A stretch of 61,435 nt of DNA, the filler included, from Nemertoderma westbladi (lineage: Eukaryota > Animalia > Xenacoelomorpha), in NCBI GenBank assembly GCA_032718475.1. It is 3 parts of 3 records of this genome, joined end to end, with 100 filler letters (N's around TTAATTAATTAA, not from the genome) between each part and the next. Parts side by side here need not be neighbours in the genome. Positions count along the whole stretch, not along the records: positions 41,076 to 61,435 come from JAUCBJ010003494.1; 2 more parts are not named here. The stretch is one strand, 5' to 3'. The notes under the pieces are model-generated. The model was not told where the DNA came from. It did not search any database and saw only the letters and a list, made by a program, of their open reading frames with translations. Of this stretch, positions 49,223 to 61,435 are shown piece after piece. The stretch's first letter is position 1, and each line of letters opens with the position of its first letter. A program made the position numbers and the translations under genes.

Positions 49223-49554
49223 CCGCTCCCAGAAAATGGGATTTAATTATATAAAATATAAAAAATCACAGTTTCTAAAATATAAAAATACTCTAAACAG
49301 TTAGTCTTTCTTGCGCGGACGGCGTTTACGCAGTTTCTTGAGGCTAGCAAGAGTCCTTTTCTCTTTGGGGCGAGCCACTTTACTAGGAGGGCTATAACTC
49401 CTGGGTGAAGGGTGCAATACAATTGCATCAGAAGATTAGGGTTATGGTCGGTGTCTCGTCCATTTCGATATGCTTCTCCCCGAGCTGATTTTCCTCTGCT
49501 TGTCGTTGGATGTGTCCATCCAAAAATTCTCGCGGAGAATAGGGTCGTCCAAGT

Positions 49555-52304
49555 GTCTCGAGGCGTACTCTAATTCTCACATGGCCGTGTCATTGGCAAT
49601 GGATGAGAGTGAGGAAGATACAACCGGCGACACGGCATTCGGGGAGGCACATCTCCGAGCACGTCGAATTATTGCCGAAATAAACCGGTTAGGAAAGGAG
49701 GAACTTCGAGCTACGTCTATCCAACCCGATAGAACCTCCGCTTCCTCTTCCACAGCTGCAACGGATTCGTCCTCGAGTCCATGGAGGGAGAAGGCTAAAC
49801 CTCATCCTTTCTTCATCGATGCGGAAACAGACTTTATTAAGTTTAATAATTGGCGCCGATCCTTCGAACTCTATCAACGACAGGTAGGGATTTTGAATGC
49901 CGCTGAAACTGAGAAAGTCGCATCGTTTTTCGGATGTTGCAGTCCAGGGTTTCTCGATCGAATTGTCAAGAGTATAAACATCCCGACTAGTACAACACTC
50001 CCACTCAAGGATGTACTCGATGAGACTCCGAAGTCGTCGCAATCTCGTCCTTGATCTCAAAGCTTTCCTGGATCTAGTATAACCGGTAACTCAACCGATA
50101 GACTCCTTCCTTGTCAAATTTAAGGAACTCGAAGATCTGATCAACATTGAGAACCTAGACTACAGTACCGATCTGAGGCCGTTCTTCCTGGCAATGACCT
50201 TGAAGGAATCTAGAATTCAGAAGAAAATATTTGCTTCTTCACCCCGCAAGACTTTTGATGAAATAGTCCAAATGGTCCGAACTGAGGAGGACGCTGTTGC
50301 AGCGGTAGCTGGACTTGGAGGTTCGGCTGCAAATTCCTCCGTTTGCGCCTTCAGTAAACCCGCAGAGAAATCCGGTAAAAGTCGCAAAAAACCGCCGAAA
50401 ACTGAGTATAAGGCGGGGAAAGATAGGGCAATGATGGACCCATCTAAGTATGTGCAAAATAAGTCGCCCGACACATGTGGACGATGTGTTCTAAAGCGCG
50501 TATGCAACGCTGACAATCCCTGCCCAGCAAAGAAGGCCCAGTGCAAATATTGTAGTGGAGTGGGGCATTTTGCATCTGTTTGCCGCAAGAAAATTCGCGA
50601 AGAAAACAAGGCTACCAAAACTGTTAATGCAGTGTGTGCTGTAAATAGATCGGGTAAGACTGTTCCTGTAATTGAATCAGTAACAGCCACTACCGAGGCA
50701 TTCCCAGACACACAGGCAGATGAGTCTGTGGCAGGTAGAGAGATTTTGGAAATTTTGTAAATTGGGGTGAATGACCTTACTAGACCAACAGACAATAAAC
50801 TGGTTAGTGTGGATGGTACCCCGTTAAAACAGCTGGGAGTAATCCATATTGCAATAAAAGTGGGCAGTAATGTAACTGAAGCTGATATCACAATATGTGA
50901 AGGAATAATAGGCCTATTTCTGAGTTGTGAGGCTTGTAAGGAACTCAATATTGTTTATACAGAATTTCCCAACCTGATGGGTACCAACGTTAGAACCCAC
51001 AATTCTGTCAATAATCCAAATTCCCACACTATTGCTGCTGCTTCCAGTGATCAAGGTCTACCACCATGGTCCACTAATTGGCTCAATACGCTCCCAGACA
51101 GACCAAAATCCGGTGAAGCAGATGAATGCTACAAGTTTCTTCAGTCAAAATATCCTACAGTTTTTGACTCAAATAGCCTCGGGGAAATGACGGGACCACG
51201 TGTTGGTACACCGATGAAAATCGTTGTTAAGGAGGACACTGTTCCCTTTAAACTCACAGCACCAAGGACCATTCCTTATGCATATAGAGAAAAAGCGAAA
51301 ACTGAAATTCAACATATGGTTGAACTTGGGATCATATCTCCTGCAGGTGATACACCCACAGACTGGATCCATCCCCTTGTAGTTGCACCCAAATCTGATG
51401 GAAATGTCCGGGTGTGCGCGGACCTAACGAAGCTGAACTCCCAAGTAAAACGTTCTGTTCATCCGGCTAAAACGCCTGCTGCTGATGCTAATTCCATTGT
51501 CGCTGGTAGAGCCAATCGATTTTTCTTGAAACTAGATGCCAAGAAAGGCTATTGGCAACTCCCACTTGCCAACGAGTCAAAGTCATTAACGACTTTCATT
51601 ACCCCATGGGGTCTGTATTATTATAATAGGGCGCCCATGGGATTTGTTTCTTCTGGTGACTCATACAACCAGCGGGGCGACTTAGCATTCCAGGGAATCG
51701 ATGGAGTTGAGAAAGTTGTAGATGACACAGGCAGTGGCGCTCCTACATTTCGCGCCATTTTTGAACGAGCAATTTTGCTGCTTGAGCGGTGTAAAAAATT
51801 GGAATTGTCCTCAACGCATCCAAGACGGAAATTGATGTAGAGGAACTTAAGTTTGTTGGTTACATTATCAACAAACATGGAGTCACAGCTGATCCATCGA
51901 AGGTCAGTGCAATCTCTGAGTTTCCCACTCCAACAACCAGAACCGGACTGAAGTCGTTCCTCGGTTTAGCAAACCAACTCGCCGAGTTTTCGCCTGATTA
52001 TAAAGGCTGCCAGTGCACCATTACGTCCTTTACTCAGCACTAAGCGTGAGTTTATCTGGACTGAATTGCATACCAGAGCAGTCGAGGCTGTCAAGAAGAC
52101 TCTACTCTCCCCAGCTGTGCTCGCACCATGGGATCCCAATGCATTTGAGACTGCACTGCACACGGATGCATCTCGGATTCATGGACTCGGGTTTACTTTA
52201 CTCCAGCGCTCCCAACCGAACTCCTCCTGGCACCTCATCCAGTGCGGTAGTCGATTTCTGGCTGACCCAGAAACTCGATATGCTACATTGGAGTTGGAGG
52301 CACT
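49555..52304 (+). mobile_element. Ty3/gypsy (Mag-like) gag-protease-RT-RNaseH, frameshifted and truncated
   Basis: Gag FNNWRRSFELY and CPAKKAQCKYCSGVGHFASVC; protease FPDTQAD; RT LDAKKGYWQ, APMG and KVVDD; RNaseH LHTDAS...GSRFL...RYATLELEAL. No integrase or LTR seen. Confidence 0.9.
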
Positions 52305-53715
52305 CATATCGGCCTTGTACAACGGACTAGCCCTGGACTCATATCGCCTTGTACAACGGACTACCCCCGGACCATATCGGTCTTGTACAATGGACTAGCC
52401 CCTGACTCATATCGGCCTTGTACAACGGACTAGCTCTGGACTCATATCGGCCTTGTACAACGGACTACCCCCGGACCCATATCGGTCTTGTACAACGGAC
52501 TAGCCCCTGACTCATATCGGCCTTGTACAACGGACTAGCCCTGGACTCATATCGGCCTTGTACAATGGACTAGCCCCGGACTCATATTGGCCTTGTACAA
52601 CGGACTAGCCCCGGGCTCATATCGGCCTTGAACTACGCACTAGCCCCTTGCTCATATAGGCCTTGAACAACGGACTAGCCCCGGGCTCATATCGGCCTTG
52701 TACAACGGACTAGCCCCGGACTCATATCGGCCTTTTACAACGATCTAGCCCTGGACTCATATCGGCCTTGAACAACGGACTAGCCCCGGGCTCATATCGG
52801 CCTTGTACAATGAACTAGCCCTGGACTCATATCGCCTTGTACAACGGACTACCCCCGGACCATATCGGTCTTGTACAATGGACTAGCCCCTGACTCATAT
52901 CGGCCTTGTACAACGGACTAGCTCTGGACTCATATCGGCCTTGTACAACGGACTACCCCCGGACCCATATCGGTCTTGTACAACGGACTAGCCCCTGACT
53001 CATATCGGCCTTGTACAACGGACTAGCCCTGGACTCATATCGGCCTTGTACAATGGACTAGCCCCGGACTCATATTGGCCTTGTACAACGGACTAGCCCC
53101 GGGCTCATATCGGCCTTGAACTACGCACTAGCCCCTTGCTCATATAGGCCTTGAACAACGGACTAGCCCCGGGCTCATATCGGCCTTGTACAACGGACTA
53201 GCCCCGGACTCATATCGGCCTTTTACAACGATCTAGCCCTGGACTCATATCGGCCTTGAACAACGGACTAGCCCCGGGCTCATATCGGCCTTGTACAATG
53301 AACTAGCCCCGGACTCATATCGGCCTTGTACAATGGACTAGCCCCGGGCTCATATCGGTCTTGTACAACGGACTAGCCCCGGACTCATATCGGCATTGAA
53401 CTACGCACTAGCCCCTTGCTCATATAGGCCTTGAACAACGGACTAGCCCCGGGCTCATATCGGCCTTGTACAACGGACTAGCCCCGGACTCATATCGGCC
53501 TTTTACAACGATCTAGCCCTGGACTCATATCGGCCTTGTACAATGGACTAGCCCCGGGCTCATATCGGTCTTGTACAACGGACTAGCCCCGGACTCATAT
53601 CGGCATTGTACTATGGACTAGCCCCGGGCTCATATCGGTCTTGTACAACGGACTTGCCCCGGACTCATATCGGCCTTGTACAATGGACTAGCCCCGGACT
53701 CATATCGGCCTTGTA
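52302..53715. repeat. 35-bp satellite, block 1
   Basis: (CTCATATCGGCCTTGTACAACGGACTAGCCCCGGA)n. Confidence 0.97.
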
Positions 53716-54625
53716 TCCTTAAAAGGTAGATAAATCATAAATGAGTACAAATCTCCTCTGGGCAGTATGGCTCCACTGGAAACAAGTCGTTAGACTTTGT
53801 GCGTAAATCCCTGGCCTACCAGACGAATTAAACCTTACATTTACTTTTATGTAGGCTTATACATACAGTATAACATTAGCATGTCTATATGTATTGCACT
53901 AATATACCCAGCACTTATATTAGTTTTTATAATCCCATTGAATACACCCCCCCCCCCCCCCCCCCCTACCCATCCTCTCCACCATAACAATAACGATTTA
54001 ATGTCAAATATAAATACAGTATATTGTATTGCATCCTCCCTTAACAATACTTCAGCATAATATGTTCCAGTGTTATCCTGTTCACCAAACCATCCCAGCA
54101 ATCTGCATTGTATCTGGCATTGATCTGGTTGGCGAGTACCAGCATGTGTGTGACGTACACTGGGAATACTGCAAGGATTCCAGCAGTGAGTGCATTCTAC
54201 TGTGTCCTAGATCATTGAGGCCAACTCTTTTGGTTGGCTGAAACATGTGGTTGCATTGACGATAGTACTATTTATCTTACTATATCGTACATACACCCAC
54301 TGCTGTACAGAGTACTATGAACATTGGCCATTCAAATAAAGCAATTATTTACGACATATTTAAAAGATTTATAGCTATATTTAATTTATTGGATTTATAT
54401 TTATGTAGATTTTTTCCCGACGAGGGTTCAATTTAAGATTTTATTTTAATAGTACCTCCCTTTCTATGTACATTACAGAGAGCATTTTCTATAATATCGA
54501 ATAATTTACTGAACATTAAAAAATGACCCATCATTGCGGAGTTGTTTCATTTGTGAAAAGCACATTACAAAGATAAAGTAAATTTTCCGGATCCCATTAT
54601 TTAAACCAACATTCCCTCCTCCACA
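53716..54625. repeat. Non-satellite spacer duplicated at 58483-59400
   Basis: Near-identical sequence offset by about 4.77 kb. Confidence 0.93.
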
Positions 54626-57600
54626 CCTTGTACAACGGACTAGCCCCGGGCTCATAACGGTTTTGTACAATGGACTAGCCCCGGGCACATATCGGCCTTG
54701 TACAACGGACTAGCCCCGGGCCCATATCAGTACGAATGCTTTCAACGGACTAGCCCCGGGCTCATATCTGTATGAATGCTTTCAACGGACTAGCCCCGGG
54801 CTCATATTAGTACGAATGCTTTCAACGGACTAGCCCCGGGCTCATATCTGTACGAATGCTTTCAACGGACTAGCCCCAGTCTCATATCTGTACGAATGCT
54901 TTCAACGGACTAGCCCCGGGCTCATATCTGTATGAATACTTTCAACGGACTAGCCCCGGACACATATCGGCCTTGTACAACGGACTAGCCCCAGACTCAT
55001 ATCAGCCTTGTACAACAAACTAGCCCCGGGCTGATATCTGTACAAATGCTTTCAACGGACTAGCCCGGGACACATATCGGTCTTGTACAACGGACTAGTC
55101 CCGGACTCATATCGGCCTTGTACAACGGACTAGCCCCTTGCTCATATCGGCCTTGTACAACGAACTAGCCCCGGACTCATATCTGTACGATTGCTTTCAA
55201 CGGACTAGCCCCAGACACATATCGGCCTTGTACAGCGGACTAGCCCCTTGCTCATATCGACCTTGTACCACGAACTAGCCCCGGACACATATCGGCCTTG
55301 TACAACGGACTAGCCCTCGGCTCATGACGGTCTTGTACAATGGACTAGCCCCGGGCACATATCGGCCTTGTACAACGGACTAGCCCCGGACTCATATCGG
55401 CCTTGTACAACGGACTAGCCCCGGGCACATATCGGCATTGTACAATGGACTAGCCCCGGGCACATATCGGCCTTGTACAACGGACTAGCCCGGACTCATA
55501 CCGGCCTTGTACAACAGACAAGCCACAGACTCATATCGGTCTTGTACAACGGACTAGCCCCATACTCATATCGGCCTTGTACAACGGACTAGCACCGGAT
55601 TCATATCGGCCTTGTACAACGGACTAGCCCCGGACTCATATCGGCCTTGTACAACGGACTAGCCCCGTACTCATATTGGCCTTGAATAACGGACTAGCCC
55701 CGGACTCATATCGGCCTTGTACAACGGACTAGCACCGGATTCATATCGGCCTTGTACAACGGATTAGCACCGGATTCATATCGGCCTTGTACAACGGACT
55801 AGCCCCAGACTCATATCAGCCTTGTACAACTGACTAGCCCGTCTCATATCGGCCTTGTACAACGGACTAGCCCCGGGCTCATATCGGTCTTGTACAACGG
55901 ACTAGCCCTGGGCTCATATCGACCTTGTACAATGGACTAGCCCCGGACTCATATCGGCCTTGTACAACGAACTAGCCCCGGACTCATATCGGCCTTGTAC
56001 AACGGACTAGCCCCGGACTCATATCGGCCTTGTACAACGGACTAGCCCTGGACTCATATCGGCCTTGTACAATGGACTAACCCCGGACTCATATCGGCCT
56101 TGTACAACGGACTAGCCCTGGACTCATATCGGTCTTGTACAACATAAAGCCCCAGAATCATATCAGCCTAGTACAACGGACTAGCACCGGATTCATATCG
56201 GCCTTGTACAACGGATTAGCACCGGATTCATATCGGCCTTGTACAACGGACTAGCACCGGATTCATATCGGCCTTGTACAATGGATTAGCACCGGATTCA
56301 TATTGGCCTTGTACAACGGACTAGCCCCAGACTCATATCAACCTTGTACAACGGACTAGCCCGTCTCATATCTGCCTTGTACAACGGACTAGCCCCGGGC
56401 TCATATCGGTCTTGTACAACGGACTAGCCCTGGGCTCATATCGACCTTGTACAATGGACTAACCCCGGACTCATATCGGCCTTGTACAACGAACTAGCCC
56501 CGGACTCATATCGGCCTTGTACAACATAAAGCCCCAGAATCATATCAGCCTTGTACAGCGGACTAGCCCCGGTCTCATATCGGTCTTGTACAATGGACTA
56601 GCCCCGGAATCATATTGGTCTTGTACAACAGACAAGCCCCAGACTCATATCGGCCTTTTACAATGGACTAGCCCCGGGCTCATATCTGTACGAATGCTTT
56701 CAACGGACTAGCCCCGGGCTCATATCTGTACGAATGCTTTCAACGGACTAGCCCCGGGCTCATATCAGTACGAATGCTTTCATCGGACTAGCCCCGTGCT
56801 CATATCGGTCTATACAATGGACTAGCCCGGGCTCATATCAGTCTTGTACAACGGACTAGCCCCGTGCTCATATCGGTCTATACAATGGACTAGCCCGGGC
56901 TCATATCAGTCTTGTACAACGGACTAGCCCCGGGCTCATATCAGTCTTGTACAACTGACTAGCCCCAGGCTCATATCAGTCTTGTATAACGGACTAGCCC
57001 CGGGCTCATATCAGTCTTGTACAACGGACTAGCCCCGGACTCATATCAGTCTTGTACAACTGACTAGCCCCAGGCTCATATCTGTACGAATGCTTTCATC
57101 GCACTAGCCCCGGGCTCATATCTGTATGAATGCTTTCAACGGACTAGCCCCGGGCTCATATCGGTCTATACAATGGACTAGCCCGGGCTCATATCAGTCT
57201 TGTACAACGGACTAGCCCCGGACTCATATCAGTCTTGTACAACGGACTAGCCCCAGGCTCATATCTGTACGAATGCTTTCAACGGACTAGCCCCGGGCTC
57301 ATATCAGTCTTGTACAACGGACTAGCCCCGGACTCATATCAGTCTTGTACAACTGACTAGCCCCAGGCTCATATCTGTACGAATGCTTTCATCGCACTAG
57401 CCCCGGGCTCATATCTGTATGAATGCTTTCAACGGACTAGCCCCGGGCTCATATCAGTACGAATGCTTTCAACGGACTAGCCCCGGACTCATATCGACCT
57501 TGTACAATGGACTAGCCCCAGACTCATATCAGTCTTGTACAACGGACTAGCCCCGGGCTCATATCTGTACGAATGCTTTCATCGGACTAGCCCTGGGCTC

Positions 57601-58482
57601 ATATCTGTATGAATGCTTTCAACGGACTAGCCCGGGCTCATATCTGTACGAATGCTTTCAACGGACTAGCCCTGGGCTCATATCTGTATGAATGCTTTCA
57701 ACGGACTAGCCCCGGGCTCATATCTGTACGAATGCTTTCAACGGACTAGCCCTGGACTCATATCGGTCTTGTACAATGGACTAGCCCCAGACTCATATCA
57801 GTCTTGTACAACTGACTAGCCCCAGGCTCATATCTGTACGAATGCTTTCTACGGACTAGCCCCGGGCTCATATCTGTATGAATGCTTTCAACGGACTAGC
57901 CCCAGACTCATATCTGTACAAATGCTTTCAACGGAATAGCCCCGGGCTCATATCTGCACGAATGCTTTCAACGGACTAGCCCCGGACTTATATCGGCCTT
58001 GTAAAACAGACTAGCCCGGGCTCATATCTTTACAAATGCTTTCAACGGACTAGCCCCGGGCTCATATCTGTACGAATGCTTTCAACGGACTAGCCCCGGG
58101 TTCATATCCTTACGAATGCTTTCAACAGACTAGCCCCGGGCTCATATCTGTACGAATGCCTTCAACGGACTAGCCCCGGGTTAATATCCTTACGAATGCT
58201 TTCAACGATCTAGCCCTGGACTCATATCGGCCTTGAACAACGGACTAGCCCCGGGCTCATATCGGCCTTGTACAATGAACTAGCCCCGGACTCATATCGG
58301 CCTTGTACAATGGACTAGCCCCGGGCTCATATCGGTCTTGTACAACGGACTAGCCCCGGACTCATATCGGCATTGTACTATGGACTAGCCCCGGGCTCAT
58401 ATCGGTCTTGTACAACGGACTAGCCCCGGACTCATATCGGCCTTGTACAATGGACTAGCCCCGGACTCATATCGGCCTTGTA
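54626..58482. repeat. 35/40-bp satellite, block 2
   Basis: The 35-bp unit mixed with a 40-bp variant CTCATATCTGTACGAATGCTTTCAACGGACTAGCCCCGGG. Confidence 0.97.
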
Positions 58483-58710
58483 TCCTTAAAAGGTAGATAA
58501 ATCATAAATGAGTACAAATCTCCTCTGGGCAGTATGGCTCCACTGGAAACAAGTCGTTAGACTTTGTGCGTAAATCCCTGGCCTACCAGACGAATTAAAC
58601 CTTACATTTACTTTTATGTAGGCTTATACATACAGTATAACATTAGCATGTCTATGTATTGCACTAATATACCCAGCACTTATATTAGTTTTTATAATCC
58701 CATTGAATAC

Positions 58711-58742
<32 letters not shown>

Positions 58743-59519
58743 TACCCATCCTCTCCACCATACCAATAACGATTTAATGTCAAATATAAATACAGTATAT
58801 TGTATTGCATCCTCCCTTAACAATACTTAAGCATAATATGTTCCAGTGTTATCCTGTTCACCAAACCATCCCAGCAATCTGCATTGTATCTGGCATTGAT
58901 CTGGTTGGCGAGTACCAGCATGTGTGTGACGTACACCGGGAATACTGCAAGGATTCCAGCAGTGAGTGCATTCTACTGTGTCCTAGATCATTGAGGCCAA
59001 CTCTTTTGGTTGGCTGAAACATGTGGTTGCATTGACGATAGTACTATTTATCTTACTATATCGTACATACACCCACTGCTGTACAGAGTACTATGAACAT
59101 TGGCCATTCAAATAAAGCAATTATTTACGACATATTTAAAAGATTTATAGCTATATTTAATTTATTGGATTTATATTTATGTAGATTTTTTCCCGACGAG
59201 GGTTCAATTTAAGATTTTATTTTAATAGTACCTCCCTTTCTATGTACATTACAGAGAGCACTTTCTATAATATCGAATAATTTACTGAACATTAAAAAAT
59301 GACCCATCATTGCGGAGTTGTTTCATTTGTGAAAAGCACATTACAAAAATAAAGTAAATTTTCCGGATCCCATTATTTAAACCAACATTCCCTCCCCACA
59401 GCGCACAGCTAATCTGGCCAAATGCAATTAATGCACCGTGCACAGTTTTGTATCTCAGTCAAAATACGCGAAGGAGTGCGACAATGTTATTCGATGAGCA
59501 CGTTTGATTCCTCAAATAA

Positions 59520-59705
59520 TACATTTAAGTAAAATTTTCTTCGGCCGTAAGGCCAGTGATTAAATTTATACACACAAAGTCTCACGATTTACTTCCAGTG
59601 CGGCCCTCCAGAACTACATATTTCCAGCTCCATTTAACTGTTTAAGGATGCAAGGCAAAGATGCGCCCTGGTTAGTCCTGCGGGGATCGAACCCACGACC
59701 TCCGG
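59520..59705 (-). mobile_element. tRNA-derived SINE, 5' truncated
   Basis: GGTCGTGGGTTCGATCCCCG B-box/T-arm head and a 3' hairpin GGCCTTACGGCC before an AT-rich end. Confidence 0.55.
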
Positions 59706-61435
59706 AGAGATGTGAATTCAATTCGATATTAATGACTACACAAAGCAAAGTTGGGACTTTGTCACCTGAACTGAACTGGAGCAATTAAAATGCATCTGAA
59801 TCTATTACAGAATCGTATGTTGTAACAAGGCCAACAGCCTATTCCTTAACATTATTCCTACATTGTCATTTACCACCCAGACCCAGTAGCCTTCCCACAC
59901 ACCCCTACCAAATGTTTTTCGTTTAGTTTGCATGGAAGTATCATTCATTAGTGTATTGTATCCTTCTATCATTATCCTATAATCCTGTCATATCTGACAT
60001 CTCACTGTCTGGTAGTTTTATATCAATTATCGTACCGTACTGTACCAGAATAAATCTTTGTATTGACTTGTTTGTTTGGTTACAGTTACACTGTTTAGTT
60101 TCAGCATTCACTTCGCTGGCATCAGCTGGTTCTGTGTCTCTGAGATCTGATGTCAGCTTAAAGATTATATCGGGCTGCCGGTTGGCAGTGCTCTTCCTGG
60201 GTTCCAGTTAGACCAGTAGACCAGCACACTGATATCAAAATCCATGTATTGTGGTTGCTGAGTTCCTGAGTTGGGTTTACATCGATTGAATAGGACTAGG
60301 TATTATAAACGAAGGCTCATTGTCATTATTCTCATCTTTATAAAGCTGTAAGGTTAGTTCTTCTCACTCTGTGGTACCGGTAGTCAGTAGTGCGGTGTCG
60401 ATGTGAATGGGACATGGCTGTAGCTGTTTTAGGCTTACCGTAGGGGCGATTTTGTGGCGTTGGCGTATGACAGTATGATCGTGCACGGTGCAGTTGTAAA
60501 CAGGCGATATCGTAAATCTATTGTACCGTTACAGTATTACAGTACCGGTCTATCGGTACTGCTGTACTGCAGTCTGGCAGTATCCAGTACTCATTACTAC
60601 ACTATTATAATCAATGAATTATGCCAAGTATTCGCCATTCGGTAACATTGCTTACATTATGAAGTTATGAGTTGAAAATCACAATTTATTCATATTAATA
60701 TTTTTACTGATTTTAATGGTTCGGTTCAGCTTTAGTTGCGTAGGCCTATTCCACTTTATTTCCCTATATCAGCTACTTGTACCCAGGCCTACCCAGCTAC
60801 CTGTGTACTCTACTTTATTTCCCTAGCTCAGTTGCATACGATCAGAAGAAGGAATATTATCTTTCCGAACAACTTGGCCTATCCGACCTGCTGTGCAACC
60901 CTTTACAGCTCTAGGTCTACTTTACTCCCCTATCTATAAGATCCGTATGGTATCCTAGCCATTATTATTGTGAGTATAATTCCAGTATTGAGTTTTTTAA
61001 ATTAATTTATTTGCTTCCATTCTTCCTCAATAATTATTTCACATCATACCTCAACTCAAACTTACTTCTATACTTCCAGTTTATAGTTGTAGAGTCTGCT
61101 TTATTTTACTACTTCTAAGCCTTATGCAATGCACAGCACACGTCACTCGTTATGTTTTTTTGTAAAGTGTTATATAGTTTTAGAGAATTCAATCTTGGGA
61201 GTTCGTGTGGTCTGCATGCCTTACAGGTAAAAGACAAGATAAAGAAGCCTTAGTGATGCCTTAAAGTTTCATTTTTGACGTTCACCGATAACTTTCACTT
61301 TGCTATTAATGCTTTTTACATTGATTTCATATATTCATTACTCAAGGTATTCCAATTCGAACTTATATTTATTTTTCCGTTAGTTTTATTAATTACTAGA
61401 TGACTGATGGATTGGATCAGTTGGCTTATGCAATA

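Noticed and set aside
52302-58482. CRISPR-like array (35-bp repeats)
   Set aside because: Units are contiguous with no unique spacers, there are no cas genes, and the context is eukaryotic.

Overview
Eukaryotic (probably invertebrate animal) DNA that is very rich in transposons and satellites. It appears to be three contigs joined by artificial 100-bp N/TTAATTAATTAA linkers (19246-19345, 40976-41075). There is no CRISPR array, rRNA or prokaryotic operon. Main contents: (i) a decayed BEL/Pao LTR retrotransposon (1-8723, minus) with a ~2.9-kb repeat-containing leader; (ii) a sister subfamily (42009-49222, minus) that has lost pol, carries an unrecognised 345-aa ORF where env would sit, and lies in a head-to-tail array with shared LTRs; (iii) non-LTR retrotransposons: three RTE-type fragments, a LINE nested in a LINE, and a HERO-like endonuclease fragment; (iv) a pol-less LTR-like element with three zinc knuckles near its 3' end (20840-25417); (v) MITEs and other TIR elements; (vi) a Mag-like gypsy gag-pol cut off by a 35-bp satellite; (vii) four tandem-repeat families (20, 65, ~41 and 35/40 bp). 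The only plausible host gene is an intact, intronless basigin/neuroplastin-like Ig membrane protein (31202-32137). All family assignments come from recalled motifs, not database searches, and coordinates were read by eye.
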